A stretch of DNA of 19,664 bases from a virus (taxonomy: Monodnaviria > Loebvirae > Hofneiviricota > Faserviricetes > Tubulavirales > Inoviridae). The notes beneath the pieces are model-generated. The model was not told the origin of the DNA, made no database searches, and worked only from the letters and a program-made list of their open reading frames with translations. Below are positions 1 through 8,984 of the stretch, one piece after another; position 1 is the stretch's first letter; every line of letters begins with the position of its first letter. Position numbers and translations under genes: made by a program. Location: positions 1-19,664 of the IMG/VR virus record IMGVR_UViG_2529292909_000007. One strand, written 5' to 3'.

Positions 1-238
1 AGTTCCGGGCTGAGCCGGTTCTGGTTTGCTCTGGCTGCGCGTCGGTTTTCGGTTCATTATCAGCATCACTGGCCGCTGCTGCTGGCCCAATAAGTTTTTC
101 CAGCACCTCATCAACGTAAGTGTCGATTTGTGCCTCAAAATCCTTGCGGACCTGCGCTTTCAGCAACTTATTTACTTCACCGGAATACAGTGCCTGTTTT
201 ACCAGGTCTTCAGTGACGGTGCCTTTAATTTCTGGCAT
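1..238 (-). CDS. hypothetical protein, 5' part only (ORF runs off the window start)
   Basis: ATG at 238-236 on minus strand preceded by GGAGG (RC of 246-250); frame open to position 1; begins MPEIKGTVTEDLVKQALYSGEVNKLL. Absent from the supplied track, presumably because no stop lies in the window. Confidence 0.4.
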   Translation of the reverse strand, partial: MPEIKGTVTEDLVKQALYSGEVNKLLKAQVRKDFEAQIDTYVDEVLEKLIGPAAAASDADNEPKTDAQPEQTRTGSARN

Positions 239-273
239 GTATATCCTCCTTATGCGGGAATAAAGCCCTGCAA

Positions 274-456
274 TCAGGGCTGGGTCGGGTCTTTTGGGAG
301 CGGAGTTACCTGCGCTGTTTTACTGAGTTTTTCAGCTGCTGCGTCCTCAATTTTGCGGCGAACATAATTTCTGATGGCCTTATAACCACCACTCACCAGA
401 TATAACGCACATACTGCCGTGCAGAAATACAATAAAATAAGCTGTAAAAATGTCAT
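274..456 (-). CDS. small membrane protein (~60 aa): N-terminal hydrophobic helix, charged C-terminal tail
   Basis: Track ORF 274..468 starts at TTG; an internal ATG at 456-454 follows GGGAGGG. Translation MTFLQLILLYFCTAVCALYLVSGGYKAIRNYVRRK. No family recognised. Confidence 0.4.
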   Translation of the reverse strand: MTFLQLILLYFCTAVCALYLVSGGYKAIRNYVRRKIEDAAAEKLSKTAQVTPLPKDPTQP

Positions 457-471
457 TATCCCTCCCAATTA

Positions 472-498
472 TTGACATGGTGTTGACACCGGTAATAT
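472..498 (+). promoter_or_regulatory. candidate sigma70 promoter (tandem TTGACA hexamers, TAATAT -10-like)
   Basis: TTGACA at 472-477 and 483-488, TAATAT at 493-498; sits about 60 bp upstream of a plus-strand intrinsic terminator. Spacing is not ideal. Confidence 0.3.
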
Positions 499-552
499 CT
501 GTTAGGTAAAAAGGTGCACTGCATTTTTTGCTTTGGATATAACGATCTTTTT

Positions 553-594
553 GCCGCCGGTTTCTTGTTTTCCCTTACCGGCGGCATTTTTTTA
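553..594 (+). terminator. rho-independent terminator (plus strand)
   Basis: GC-rich 9 bp stem GCCGCCGGT (553-561) / ACCGGCGGC (577-585), 15 nt loop, then ATTTTTTTA (586-594). On the minus strand the hairpin is followed by an A-run, so it is unidirectional. Confidence 0.5.
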
Positions 595-600
595 TCCTGC

Positions 601-2655
601 TTACGCGTTATTCACTTCCACCACGATACTGTCAATCAGTACCGGGTAAGTCGCATTTTTAGTGATATCGGTCACGCGCAACTTGTCTGCCGTAAACGTG
701 CCGACCGGAGACTGCGACAGCATGAATGGTGTCCCGTCCTTACCATCAATGACCGGCGTCACCTCAATACTGTTGTTACCGGCAAAACGGAAGCCCAGCG
801 TATGCCATTCGTTATTAAATGCGCCGAATGACCCCAGCTTCGTGTTCTGCGCCGTGTTTCCTTTGTGATACATCACGTTAAGGTCTGTGGCATCGCTCTG
901 TACGTAGAACGATGCCAGCAGGTTATGACCGGCATTTCCTTCCAGAGTAACCCCTTGCGGCAGGGCAGAAACCGGCCAGTACAGCGCCAGTGCGTACTGA
1001 TTAGCCGTAAGCGCGCCATCGAGTTTAAAACGACAACTGACAAGACCACCTTTACCCAGCAGGTCCGCACCATTACCAGCATCATGCTCAAGGTACCAGG
1101 GGGCTCTTCCTGTTTCCTTGGTCAGTTTCATTGCCTTACCCCCGCTGGCTCCGGCATCATCCACGATTTGAGCCTTGCCACCTCCGGCAGCCCAACCCTG
1201 TGGTGTCAACCGTCCTTCAGACTCAGATGCCCGGTAAGCAAATAGCGTACTCATCGTCGTGGTGTCTGCGGGTGGCGTGGACGGTTTTGATGGTGTATCA
1301 GGTGACGGCTTCTCATCCGGTGGTGTCACGGTCTGCCCGCGCATCAGTTCAGCCGTGCGCCCTGCATGGAGCATAATAGCTGAGGCCAGACGGTCTGAAA
1401 TGACGCCCCTGCGTGCCCATGAGCTGAAATGGCTGTCACGCTGTGTCGAAACAAAACTGCCCTGGGTTCGGGATGCTGCACCGTAATACCCGACAGCCAC
1501 AATATCCGGGTCTTCCGCCGGAGCATTCGTTGGCGTGCTCTGTCCATTCTCATCCGTCAGGAACGGTACAAAGAAAATTTTCTGTGCTTCCTTGCCTTTG
1601 TAGCCACCGTATACTGCCTCATATTTATCGGTGCCAGCGTTTTTCCAGTAATACGTGGTATCACCGCAAATCCACGGCACCGTGGTGGCATTTCCACTCA
1701 CGCACTGCGCAGCAAGCGGAGCCAGGTCAGTTCTGAACTGCTGAACCATGGCCGTGAATAAACTATTATGCTGCTGGCTTCCTGAGGCAAGGTCTGCCTC
1801 TCCCTGCATCCAGACCACAGCCAGAAGTTTGTTTTTCGGGTTTTTCGCCAGCGCGACTTTGGTGCGGCTTACCAGGTCCTGATACAGAGGTTTACCGGCC
1901 CCCCAGCGTGAAGAATCAGCGGAAGCACCGCTGGCCTCACTGAATGAGCCGTCGGCTCCAGTGGTGAATGCTGACCCGCCACGACAACAGGGCACCAGAA
2001 GTATCCCGGCATTCTGTGGGATATAGGGAAGCAGTTTTTTGGCAATATGCAACCCCTGACCGACAGTCCCGTACTGGCCTTTTGCCAGATCAGCTTTCGG
2101 GTGGTTTATCCCGCTCATATCCTGAACATCATGCAGGCAGTGGTCTGCCGGAATGATGTCGTTGTATGTACACGACGTACCGTTGGGCGTTACCGTACTG
2201 CGGCGTGCCAGTTGCTTAATGCGTGGGTCCGGGCGGTCAAACGAATCCGGTAACGGCAGCCCCTCGCCGTAGGCCATGCCATTTGACTGACCCGCGAGAA
2301 TGACAACAAAGTAATATTCCGGCTCTGAACTGCTGCCATTCGTGCTACCGGAAGGCCCGGCGTTATCCGGTGCATTCCAGTCGGAGGGCGTGAGCGTTCC
2401 GGCCACGTCAGATGTGATTGGAATGATGCCAGTCACGCCTGAACTGGTGATTTCTGCACTGGGATTACCGGATACCGGCATTACCCATAATGGCTCTTTC
2501 GTGCTGAAGCGGATCACGCAGTCTGCGAAGGTGATCCCCCCTTTATTACCCGAAGGGCGGAAAGGGCTTTCAATAAATGCCACCGTGCCACCGGCAACCT
2601 TGACTGAAAACTCTCCGGGCATGGCGGAGAGCATTTTCCACTTGGAGTCTGACAT
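601..2655 (-). CDS. prophage NanS-p-like sialate O-acetylesterase (SGNH/SASA-domain protein), 684 aa
   Basis: Long ORF containing VVILAGQSNGMAYGEG (GQSN active-site motif of the SASA/DUF303 esterase family) with a Pro/Thr-rich linker and C-terminal beta-rich domain. Family assignment is from recalled motifs. Confidence 0.7.
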   Translation of the reverse strand: MSDSKWKMLSAMPGEFSVKVAGGTVAFIESPFRPSGNKGGITFADCVIRFSTKEPLWVMPVSGNPSAEITSSGVTGIIPITSDVAGTLTPSDWNAPDNAGPSGSTNGSSSEPEYYFVVILAGQSNGMAYGEGLPLPDSFDRPDPRIKQLARRSTVTPNGTSCTYNDIIPADHCLHDVQDMSGINHPKADLAKGQYGTVGQGLHIAKKLLPYIPQNAGILLVPCCRGGSAFTTGADGSFSEASGASADSSRWGAGKPLYQDLVSRTKVALAKNPKNKLLAVVWMQGEADLASGSQQHNSLFTAMVQQFRTDLAPLAAQCVSGNATTVPWICGDTTYYWKNAGTDKYEAVYGGYKGKEAQKIFFVPFLTDENGQSTPTNAPAEDPDIVAVGYYGAASRTQGSFVSTQRDSHFSSWARRGVISDRLASAIMLHAGRTAELMRGQTVTPPDEKPSPDTPSKPSTPPADTTTMSTLFAYRASESEGRLTPQGWAAGGGKAQIVDDAGASGGKAMKLTKETGRAPWYLEHDAGNGADLLGKGGLVSCRFKLDGALTANQYALALYWPVSALPQGVTLEGNAGHNLLASFYVQSDATDLNVMYHKGNTAQNTKLGSFGAFNNEWHTLGFRFAGNNSIEVTPVIDGKDGTPFMLSQSPVGTFTADKLRVTDITKNATYPVLIDSIVVEVNNA

Positions 2656-2740
2656 CGTCTTTTCTGCCTGTTTCTGAATTAAACAGAGTCAGAATAGCGA
2701 CCGCTGAAAAATATGTGTTTTGCGGAAATTCAAAAAAGCG

Positions 2741-3313
2741 TCACGGTACTTTTGGTGACGGAGCTGGTGAGGCAGGAAAATAACGATAAAGGGTGGAAAG
2801 GCCAATATCAAATATCAGTGCGATTTGTTTACGGGACTCGCCATTAGCCAGCAAACGGGCGATTTGCTCCCGCTCTTTCTCTGTCAGTTTCTGAGGTCTG
2901 CCGCCATGACGCCCCTGAGCACGGGCAGCAGCAAGACCCGCGCGTGTACGTTCAATAATGAGTTCCCGCTCCATTTCCGCCAGCGCGCCCATTATATGGA
3001 AAAAGAAACGTCCCATGGGAGTGGATGTATCAATATTGTCCGTAATGCTGCGGAAGTTAACGCCGCGTTGCCGGAGTTCTTCTGTTAAAAGGACAAGGTG
3101 CTGCATACTGCGTCCAAGGCGATCCAGTTTCCAGACCAGCAGGGTATCCCCTGGCCGGAGTCGCTTTAATGCGCGTTTAAGTCCGGGACGCTCCCTTGTC
3201 TTACCGCTTATTCTGTCTTCGAAAAACAGCTCACATCCTGCACATTCCAGCGCATTTCTTTGTAGCGCCGTATTCTGGTCATTTGTTGACACCCTGATAT
3301 ACCCAATCAGCAT
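2741..3313 (-). CDS. serine DNA invertase, Gin/Pin/Hin/Cin family (190 aa)
   Basis: MLIGYIRVSTNDQNTALQRN...VWKLDRLGRSM...FFFHIMGALAEMERELIIERT is near-identical in pattern to Mu Gin / e14 Pin, with catalytic Ser in the YIRVST motif and a C-terminal HTH. Confidence 0.9.
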   Translation of the reverse strand: MLIGYIRVSTNDQNTALQRNALECAGCELFFEDRISGKTRERPGLKRALKRLRPGDTLLVWKLDRLGRSMQHLVLLTEELRQRGVNFRSITDNIDTSTPMGRFFFHIMGALAEMERELIIERTRAGLAAARAQGRHGGRPQKLTEKEREQIARLLANGESRKQIALIFDIGLSTLYRYFPASPAPSPKVP

Positions 3314-3378
3314 ACGATTTCCTTATTATAAAAAGCCGGAATTGTCGCATGAGGAATAAAACAGAGTTAATCCTGGCT

Positions 3379-3404
3379 TTCCTGAAAACCTCGGTTTACG
3401 GGAA
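3379..3404. other. left inversion crossover site (gix/hix-like 26 bp site)
   Basis: TTCCTGAAAACCTCGGTTTACGGGAA resembles Mu gixL (TTCCTGTAAACCGAGGTTTTGGATAA, recalled) and lies immediately next to the invertase gene. Confidence 0.7.
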
Positions 3405-3470
3405 ACGGTGAATAAGGCGGCGAATGCTCTGCCATCGGACGGCACCGCCGTTGCCGCGAATAGACTCGCC
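3391..3470. repeat. left arm of ~80 bp inverted repeat inside the invertible segment
   Basis: 3391-3470 matches the reverse complement of 4630-4709 with few mismatches; both encode ...[17 protein letters not shown]... Confidence 0.8.
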
Positions 3471-3752
3471 ACCCCAAGAAATATTAATGGGGTTCCCTTT
3501 GACGGGACGAAGGACATAAACATCACTTCTGGTATAACACAGCAGGATGCGGATTCCCGATATATCCAGGATATCAGGCTGGGAGCAGAGAACAGGCAGG
3601 TAATGTACGGTGGGGCATATTACTCTGCGTACGGTAATGTTATGGCAGGCCTGCAGATTGACAGTAAAGTTGATGCTTCAAACGATTTTATAGCATTCAG
3701 ACCCCTGCAAAAATTAGTCGGAGGTACATGGATTACGGTATCTCAGTTATAA
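3408..3752 (+). CDS. alternative tail-fibre C-terminal exon (silent in this orientation)
   Basis: Frame is open back to the crossover site; begins with the same IR-encoded peptide ([26 protein letters not shown]) as the expressed fibre, then diverges. Confidence 0.6.
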   Translation: MNKAANALPSDGTAVAANRLATPRNINGVPFDGTKDINITSGITQQDADSRYIQDIRLGAENRQVMYGGAYYSAYGNVMAGLQIDSKVDASNDFIAFRPLQKLVGGTWITVSQL

Positions 3753-3803
3753 ATAGTCAGTAAATAATATATTTTAAAACAGATTTATTTCCAGGAGGAT
3801 TTT

Positions 3804-4325
3804 ATGGAACTAAAAAATATAACCCGTTATTATCCTGAAAATATGCCATATGGTAATAATGTTCAGTATTTCCAGAGTGAAGATGGTAAGGATTTCTACG
3901 AATCCCTGCCATTATTCACCAAAAAATATAAACTTTGCATAACACCTGACAGCGGCGTTATCTGCTCAATATCACAGGACGCCTCGGCGCTGTATCCTGC
4001 GGGGTTTTCTGTGGTTGAGGTCGATGAACTCCCTGAAGGCACGGATATTTCAGGAAACTGGAAGTTTGATAATGGCATAATCTCCCGTATTCCGGTTAAC
4101 TACGCAAGAAAACTGGAAGCAATGCGCCAGTCATATCTTAATCAGGCATATGAAAAAATTAATGACTGGAGAACGGAGCTACAACTGGGCACCATCAGCG
4201 ATGAAGACAGAGCAGCACTTACCCAATGGATGGCATACATCAGTCAGGTGAAGAAAATGGAACTACCCGCCATTAAAACAGAAGCTGAATTTAACGCCAT
4301 TAAATGGCCTGAGCAGCCACAGTAA
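3804..4325 (+). CDS. tail fibre assembly protein (Tfa/U-like chaperone), 173 aa
   Basis: AGGAGG before the ATG; lies immediately downstream of the alternative fibre exon; C-terminal region resembles the Tfa family. Confidence 0.75.
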   Translation: MELKNITRYYPENMPYGNNVQYFQSEDGKDFYESLPLFTKKYKLCITPDSGVICSISQDASALYPAGFSVVEVDELPEGTDISGNWKFDNGIISRIPVNYARKLEAMRQSYLNQAYEKINDWRTELQLGTISDEDRAALTQWMAYISQVKKMELPAIKTEAEFNAIKWPEQPQ

Positions 4326-4328
4326 TAA

Positions 4329-4348
4329 AGAAGGCCGGAAGGCCTTCT
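4329..4348. terminator. hairpin between convergent genes, candidate bidirectional terminator
   Basis: Perfect 8 bp stem AGAAGGCC / GGCCTTCT with GGAA loop between the Tfa stop (4325) and the fibre stop (4357). Confidence 0.45.
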
Positions 4349-4356
4349 GAATATCA

Positions 4357-5238
4357 TTATATACTTGCAGCCGTCACCCATGCTCCATTTAACAGATACT
4401 GCAACGGCCGGTAATACACGCCGCCGACGTTATCTGCCGTATTCTTACCGACATCCTGTACTTTAATTCCGGTAAGAACATTGCCGCCCCCCAGATTCAG
4501 ATCCCAGCTTTCCCATGTTCCGGGCATATGTGCGGTCACCGACCCCAGTCTTATGGCGGTTACTGTTCCTGATGAGATAGTGATATCCTGCGTCCCGTCA
4601 AAGGGAACACCATTAATTGTGTGGGCATTTGCCAGCCTGTTCGCGGCAACGGCGGTGCCGTCCGATGGCAGGGCATTCGCCGCCCTGTTTACCGTTTCCC
4701 GTAAACCGACGTTATCGATAAAAGCCCCTTTATCCGGAATGTCTGCGCCGTTCTGCTCCCTGCGCAGGTAACGGTTATCACCTTCGCTTTTGCTGTAAAC
4801 ATCCAGATTATTACGGGCGGTTCCCTTATTCTCCAGGTCGGCGAGATTCTGATCCTTCGCCAGGGCATTAACGTCAGCGGGACCAAGACTGTTTTTTGTG
4901 GCAAGCGTCCCCAGACCAAGATAACCACGGGCCAGACGCTGGGCCTCCGCACCGGCATCAGCAATTTCTTTCAGGTTATTTTTCCGGGAAAAGGCATTCG
5001 CAGCGATAATGGCTTTAATGGACAGCGTAAGCTGGTTTAACTGCGCCTTATCCGGCTGAATACTGGCTTCAGCCAGAATATTCAGCAGTTCGGCCTGGAG
5101 AATATTCAGCCAGTCCTGACCAATCCAGCTGATACCTTTTTGTCCGTCACCTTCGGTAAACCAGGTGGTGGTATTACTCTGCGCCGGTGCCAGCGCAGGC
5201 ATATTCGCCACGCCGGAATTATTATCAACATGAAACAT
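4357..5238 (-). CDS. tail fibre protein (293 aa); constant N-terminal part outside, variable C-terminus inside the invertible segment
   Basis: N-terminus [10 protein letters not shown]...WFTEGDGQ is a tail-fibre-type N-terminus as recalled for Mu S-like fibres; the ORF crosses the right crossover site; GGAG RBS upstream. Confidence 0.75.
   Translation of the reverse strand: MFHVDNNSGVANMPALAPAQSNTTTWFTEGDGQKGISWIGQDWLNILQAELLNILAEASIQPDKAQLNQLTLSIKAIIAANAFSRKNNLKEIADAGAEAQRLARGYLGLGTLATKNSLGPADVNALAKDQNLADLENKGTARNNLDVYSKSEGDNRYLRREQNGADIPDKGAFIDNVGLRETVNRAANALPSDGTAVAANRLANAHTINGVPFDGTQDITISSGTVTAIRLGSVTAHMPGTWESWDLNLGGGNVLTGIKVQDVGKNTADNVGGVYYRPLQYLLNGAWVTAASI
4630..4709. repeat. right arm of ~80 bp inverted repeat inside the invertible segment
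   Basis: Reverse complement matches 3391-3470. Confidence 0.8.
4696..4721. other. right inversion crossover site (gix/hix-like)
   Basis: TTCCCGTAAACCGACGTTATCGATAA; its inner half is the reverse complement of the left site's inner half. Confidence 0.7.
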
Positions 5239-5378
5239 TAAATAGTCTCCTCTTCATGGCTGTTTGCATAAACGTAAATAAACGTCTGCCATGCAGGCTT
5301 ATAACGGTTCAGAATACATTCCAGCGCACCGCCTTCATAAATACGCAGCGGCGTGAGAATATCATCCAGCACATTCAT
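5238..5378 (-). CDS. small ORF (46 aa) whose stop overlaps the tail-fibre start (TAATG)
   Basis: Translation [46 protein letters not shown]. No clear SD; below the track's length cutoff. Confidence 0.25.
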   Translation of the reverse strand: MNVLDDILTPLRIYEGGALECILNRYKPAWQTFIYVYANSHEEETI

Positions 5379-5433
5379 ATTCCGGTAAATTCATTTTGTT
5401 ACCGCAGGATTGCATATTCATATAACACCTCAT

Positions 5434-5661
5434 TTAGCTGACTTGTTTCGCACCAACAGAACGGCATATTCCGCTGTAAACTTCTGTCGCACCTTCGCGA
5501 TCAAGTCCGGCAGATATCACCATTCGTGTGCGGTCATTAAATTCAAAAAGTAAATCGCCACATGCTTTATTTTCGGCCAGTGAAATCACCTTCACGTTAT
5601 CGAAATTAACCAGGTAAAAGCGTCCGTAAATATCAGGAATATTAAATACCGCCATAATCAC
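5434..5661 (-). CDS. hypothetical 75 aa protein directly downstream of the B-like gene (position of Mu kil)
   Basis: Start overlaps the B stop (ATGA/GTG at 5661-5658). Assignment is by position only; no sequence recognition. Confidence 0.4.
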   Translation of the reverse strand: MIMAVFNIPDIYGRFYLVNFDNVKVISLAENKACGDLLFEFNDRTRMVISAGLDREGATEVYSGICRSVGAKQVS

Positions 5662-6589
5662 ACCTGTGAGAGTAATTCAGGGTTGGTATAAACCTCTTTA
5701 AAGGCCGCATTAATATGTTTTTCTGTCAGCGCCGCGCCTTCACCGCTGGCGGTGAGCCACGCCTGGTTAAGCGTATGTGTCAGAACACGTAATGCTCCCG
5801 GCTTTTCAGCGATAGCCTGCATGACGGCCAGCTCGGCCTCACACTGATACCCCATGCCCTGGCAATGGCCAGCACATCCGCCTTTTTGGCCTTGCGAAGT
5901 TGTTTTGTACGGGCAAGACGGCTGAACAGGCGCGATAAATCATCAAAGGCGCGGCGTCCACCTTTAAACAATCCGCGCGGGTTACCAATAAGCACCATCC
6001 CGATCCCCGTGGCGTCCTGAATTGCCCGGAGTTGCTCCAGACCGTCAATACCAAGATGATCCGCCTCATCCACAATCACCAGTCCACGCGTTCCCGTCAG
6101 GCGACGGCGGATGGCGCGGGATAATGCCCCTTTGTTCGCGCGGGTGTAATCAATCCCCAGCGCATCGGCCAGCTCCAGCAGACACTCCGTGACGCTGGAG
6201 TGCGCGGGTGACAGGGTGATCATCCAGGTGTTTGGTTGCTCCTGGCAGTAATTACGGGCAGTGGCCGTTTTACCCACACCCGGTACGCCCACAATAACGT
6301 TAATACAGCCCATCAGGCGAACCGCCTGAAACAGTGCGCGCAGCTCCTGGACTGTCTGAGTTTCCACAAACTGCGGCGGTTCCGGCAGTGCGCTTTGTTT
6401 ATTCCAGTTCTCATACCAGGAGCGCAGGGAAGCAGCCACAGCGGCGTTATCGCCTTTATATTTCCCCTTGCGGAAAGCCGATAATGTGCCGTCGGAAATT
6501 CCCGCCTCTCTGGCGATGGCATACTGCGTCAGTACGCCGCCATCAATAAGTTCATCAATGGTCTTGATTACATCGTTTATATCGGTCAT
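5658..6589 (-). pseudogene. Mu B-like AAA+ transposition ATPase, split by an apparent -1 frameshift at C4 run 5850-5853
   Basis: Track ORF 5780..6589 carries Walker A GVPGVGKT and Walker B LVIVDEADHL. The C-terminal domain continues in ORF 5658..5855 (AEKPGALRVLTHTL), matching the recalled MuB C-terminus. One extra G/C in the run would give a single ~310 aa ORF. Confidence 0.8.
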
Positions 6590-6663
6590 ATTATTACCTC
6601 GCGTTTGTGTAGTTCCTTTGTTTAATCAAATAACCTGAGTCGCCGCTCGGGTTATTTTTTATT

Positions 6664-8751
6664 TCAGGCCAGAGGGTCATTTTCTTTTAATTTCGCTTCG
6701 AGCAACTGCAATCCCCGCTGGAAATTACGCTCGTATTCTTCATCAGGCTCATCATCAACGGCAGGTTGCTGAACGGTCACCGTATTACCCACAGGGCGGT
6801 ATATGTTTTCCAGCCAGGGCTCCTGCGGCTTGTGCTCCAGCACGTTGACAACCTCATCCTCGGCATCACGGATTTTTTCCTCTGCGCGTTTACGCATACC
6901 TTTAAGGCGTTGCTGCTGTTTGTAGTATTCCGCGCTGACCGGGAAGGCTTCGCGTTTATTGCCGTCCCATACCGCCTCGCAAATCACGCTGCCATCCGGG
7001 CGACGTACGGTAATTCGTTCGGCATCATGAATGTCATAGCTGATAAGCACCTTGCGGCCATGCTCATCACTCAGCTCGGGCGCGTAGTAAATATTATTCA
7101 GCCAGCGTATTTCACAGCGTCTTACAGGGCGTTTCACCATCGGCCGGAACATATCCCGCAGCTCAACATCGGACAGCCATTCAATTTCCGTGTCCTCTTC
7201 TGCCAGGCGTTTTTTTCTGAACTCCGCCGGGCTGTAATGCTTACCGTTCGGCTTCATGGGTAATTCATCGTGCGGCCGGTTGTTGTACCACTCAACACCG
7301 TCACGAATGGCATCAATCAGTTCAGACCAGGACGGTAAATCACGCATCGCTGACTGCTGCCGGGCGTTCAGCCGCTTACCCTGTTGCAGGGCATTAAATG
7401 CCGAGCGTAAATCGCGGTTGGTTTTGCGTAACGTCTCGCGATCTGCACCTTTTCCGAAATAGGTGCGGTATTTACGGGCTATGCGCATCGGTAATGTGCG
7501 GTTAAGCCGTTCGATAATGCCCCGTCCCTGCGGGTTACCGGCAATCCCGGTCGGGTGATTAATCCCCAGGCGCGGCAGGATCCCCACAACCTCCTTATCC
7601 AGGATGTCGGCGGTTTCCCCCGAGCCGTTATCCGAGTAATACAGAAACGGTTTGCCGTGATGGCGAATGCCGTGCTGTATGGCACCGGCTACAGCGAAAA
7701 CATTTTCAGCCAGATCAAGGCTCCAGCCCACCACAAAGCGCGTGCCACCGTCGATAACAAAGGTCACTTCCGGTGCGAATGGCCGCCCGTGAACCGGGTG
7801 CGCACATTTCAGCTTCATGCCGTGACCGTCACCAATCCAGACATAATTCACCGGCATTTTTGACCAGTCGCGGCGCGTGAATCCCTCAAGCTGGCGGTAT
7901 TCACTGCCGGTAACCCGTCCTTTTTGTTTCACCACTTCCGGCAGTTTCTTCATTGCGCGGCGAATGGTGTCATAAGACGGCATGATATCGAGCATATAAG
8001 GCTCATCAGCGTGCCGGTGCTGCCATTCGGCAACAAAATCCTCGTAAGCCTCGGTCATTGGTCGGCCGTTTGACTGGCGATACTGCGCCAGAAATTCGGG
8101 CAACCAGTTAATATCTTCGGCTTTTATTTCCTGGCGTTTACCTGGTGCCAGCAAAAGCAGGCGTTCAGCAGCGTTCTGTGCCTTATTAAAGGCCGCAATC
8201 CAGCGTTTCAGCGTGATTTCACTCAACACGCGACTGTTTCCCTTTCTGGCGTTCGCTATCTCAACCATTGCCACAATGCGCTCATCCAGTTGCGAGTGTG
8301 ACAGGCGGTCAACGATGAACCGGATAGCTTTAGCGCAGCTGAAACCGGGTTGTTGCGTGAATTTCAGCACCTCACTGACGATCGCAATGCGTGCGTCTGC
8401 CACCTGGCGCTGGTTTTCAGTCAGGGCATTGAGGCGTTCGACCATCAGTTGTGGTGATCCGCGATATGCCTCCACCGCATCAACCACGGCAGACGAGCGT
8501 CTGGCCTTTGTCACCACCGGAGCCGGTGATTCATCGGCTTTTTGCGTCATCAGTTGCAGGGCATAACGTTCGCGTAATGCCTGCTGTGTCACTTCAGGTA
8601 AACAGTCAATGCTGTATTCAAAACCTTTAGCGCCTTTCTTGCGGCGTCTGCTGGTTTCGCTGGTTGCATACTTCCTGATTGAATAGCGAACGCCTTGCTC
8701 CGTTCCCGGCATCCCCGGTAATCCAACCAGTTCTTTGACTGAAGCAAACAT
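6664..8751 (-). CDS. Mu-type DDE transposase (MuA-like), 695 aa
   Basis: Size and position immediately downstream of a Ner homologue and upstream of the B-like ATPase; long single ORF typical of MuA-family transposases. Confidence 0.85.
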   Translation of the reverse strand: MFASVKELVGLPGMPGTEQGVRYSIRKYATSETSRRRKKGAKGFEYSIDCLPEVTQQALRERYALQLMTQKADESPAPVVTKARRSSAVVDAVEAYRGSPQLMVERLNALTENQRQVADARIAIVSEVLKFTQQPGFSCAKAIRFIVDRLSHSQLDERIVAMVEIANARKGNSRVLSEITLKRWIAAFNKAQNAAERLLLLAPGKRQEIKAEDINWLPEFLAQYRQSNGRPMTEAYEDFVAEWQHRHADEPYMLDIMPSYDTIRRAMKKLPEVVKQKGRVTGSEYRQLEGFTRRDWSKMPVNYVWIGDGHGMKLKCAHPVHGRPFAPEVTFVIDGGTRFVVGWSLDLAENVFAVAGAIQHGIRHHGKPFLYYSDNGSGETADILDKEVVGILPRLGINHPTGIAGNPQGRGIIERLNRTLPMRIARKYRTYFGKGADRETLRKTNRDLRSAFNALQQGKRLNARQQSAMRDLPSWSELIDAIRDGVEWYNNRPHDELPMKPNGKHYSPAEFRKKRLAEEDTEIEWLSDVELRDMFRPMVKRPVRRCEIRWLNNIYYAPELSDEHGRKVLISYDIHDAERITVRRPDGSVICEAVWDGNKREAFPVSAEYYKQQQRLKGMRKRAEEKIRDAEDEVVNVLEHKPQEPWLENIYRPVGNTVTVQQPAVDDEPDEEYERNFQRGLQLLEAKLKENDPLA

Positions 8752-8753
8752 AA

Positions 8754-8984
8754 TTACGCGACCTTACGAATGTAGCGGCTGGGCCAAATCTCCTCGGGCG
8801 GCACCCCCAGGCATTCCGCGATAATCCCCTCATACTTGGGAACATGGCGGTATACCGCGTTGTACAGATTGTTCTGACCCACGCCAGCTTTACGGGCCAG
8901 CGCCCTCATGCTTCCTTCTCTGGCTCTGACTTCCCCCAAAATTCTTTGAGGATGCCAATCAGGCTTAACTTCATTTCTCGCCAT
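8754..8984 (-). CDS. ner: Ner-like DNA-binding regulator (76 aa)
   Basis: MARNEVKPDWHPQRILGEV...EEIWPSRY carries the DWH and IWPSRY motifs of Mu Ner / Nlp; divergent from the repressor. Confidence 0.85.
   Translation of the reverse strand: MARNEVKPDWHPQRILGEVRAREGSMRALARKAGVGQNNLYNAVYRHVPKYEGIIAECLGVPPEEIWPSRYIRKVA

Larger units (their letters stand above)
3392..4708. other. invertible DNA segment (G/P-segment-like) carrying alternative tail-fibre C-termini
   Basis: Bounded by inverted 26 bp crossover sites with an adjacent invertase; contains convergent tail-fibre 3' exons and one Tfa gene. Confidence 0.7.

Noticed and set aside
662-2677. Plus-strand ORFs inside the esterase gene (for example 865..1245, 1429..1761, 2342..2677)
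   Set aside because: Antisense shadows of the 684 aa minus-strand ORF.
6766-8566. Plus-strand ORFs inside the transposase gene (6766..7263, 7256..7462, 7555..7863, 8213..8566)
   Set aside because: Antisense shadow ORFs within a long, well-supported minus-strand CDS; no RBS or family features.
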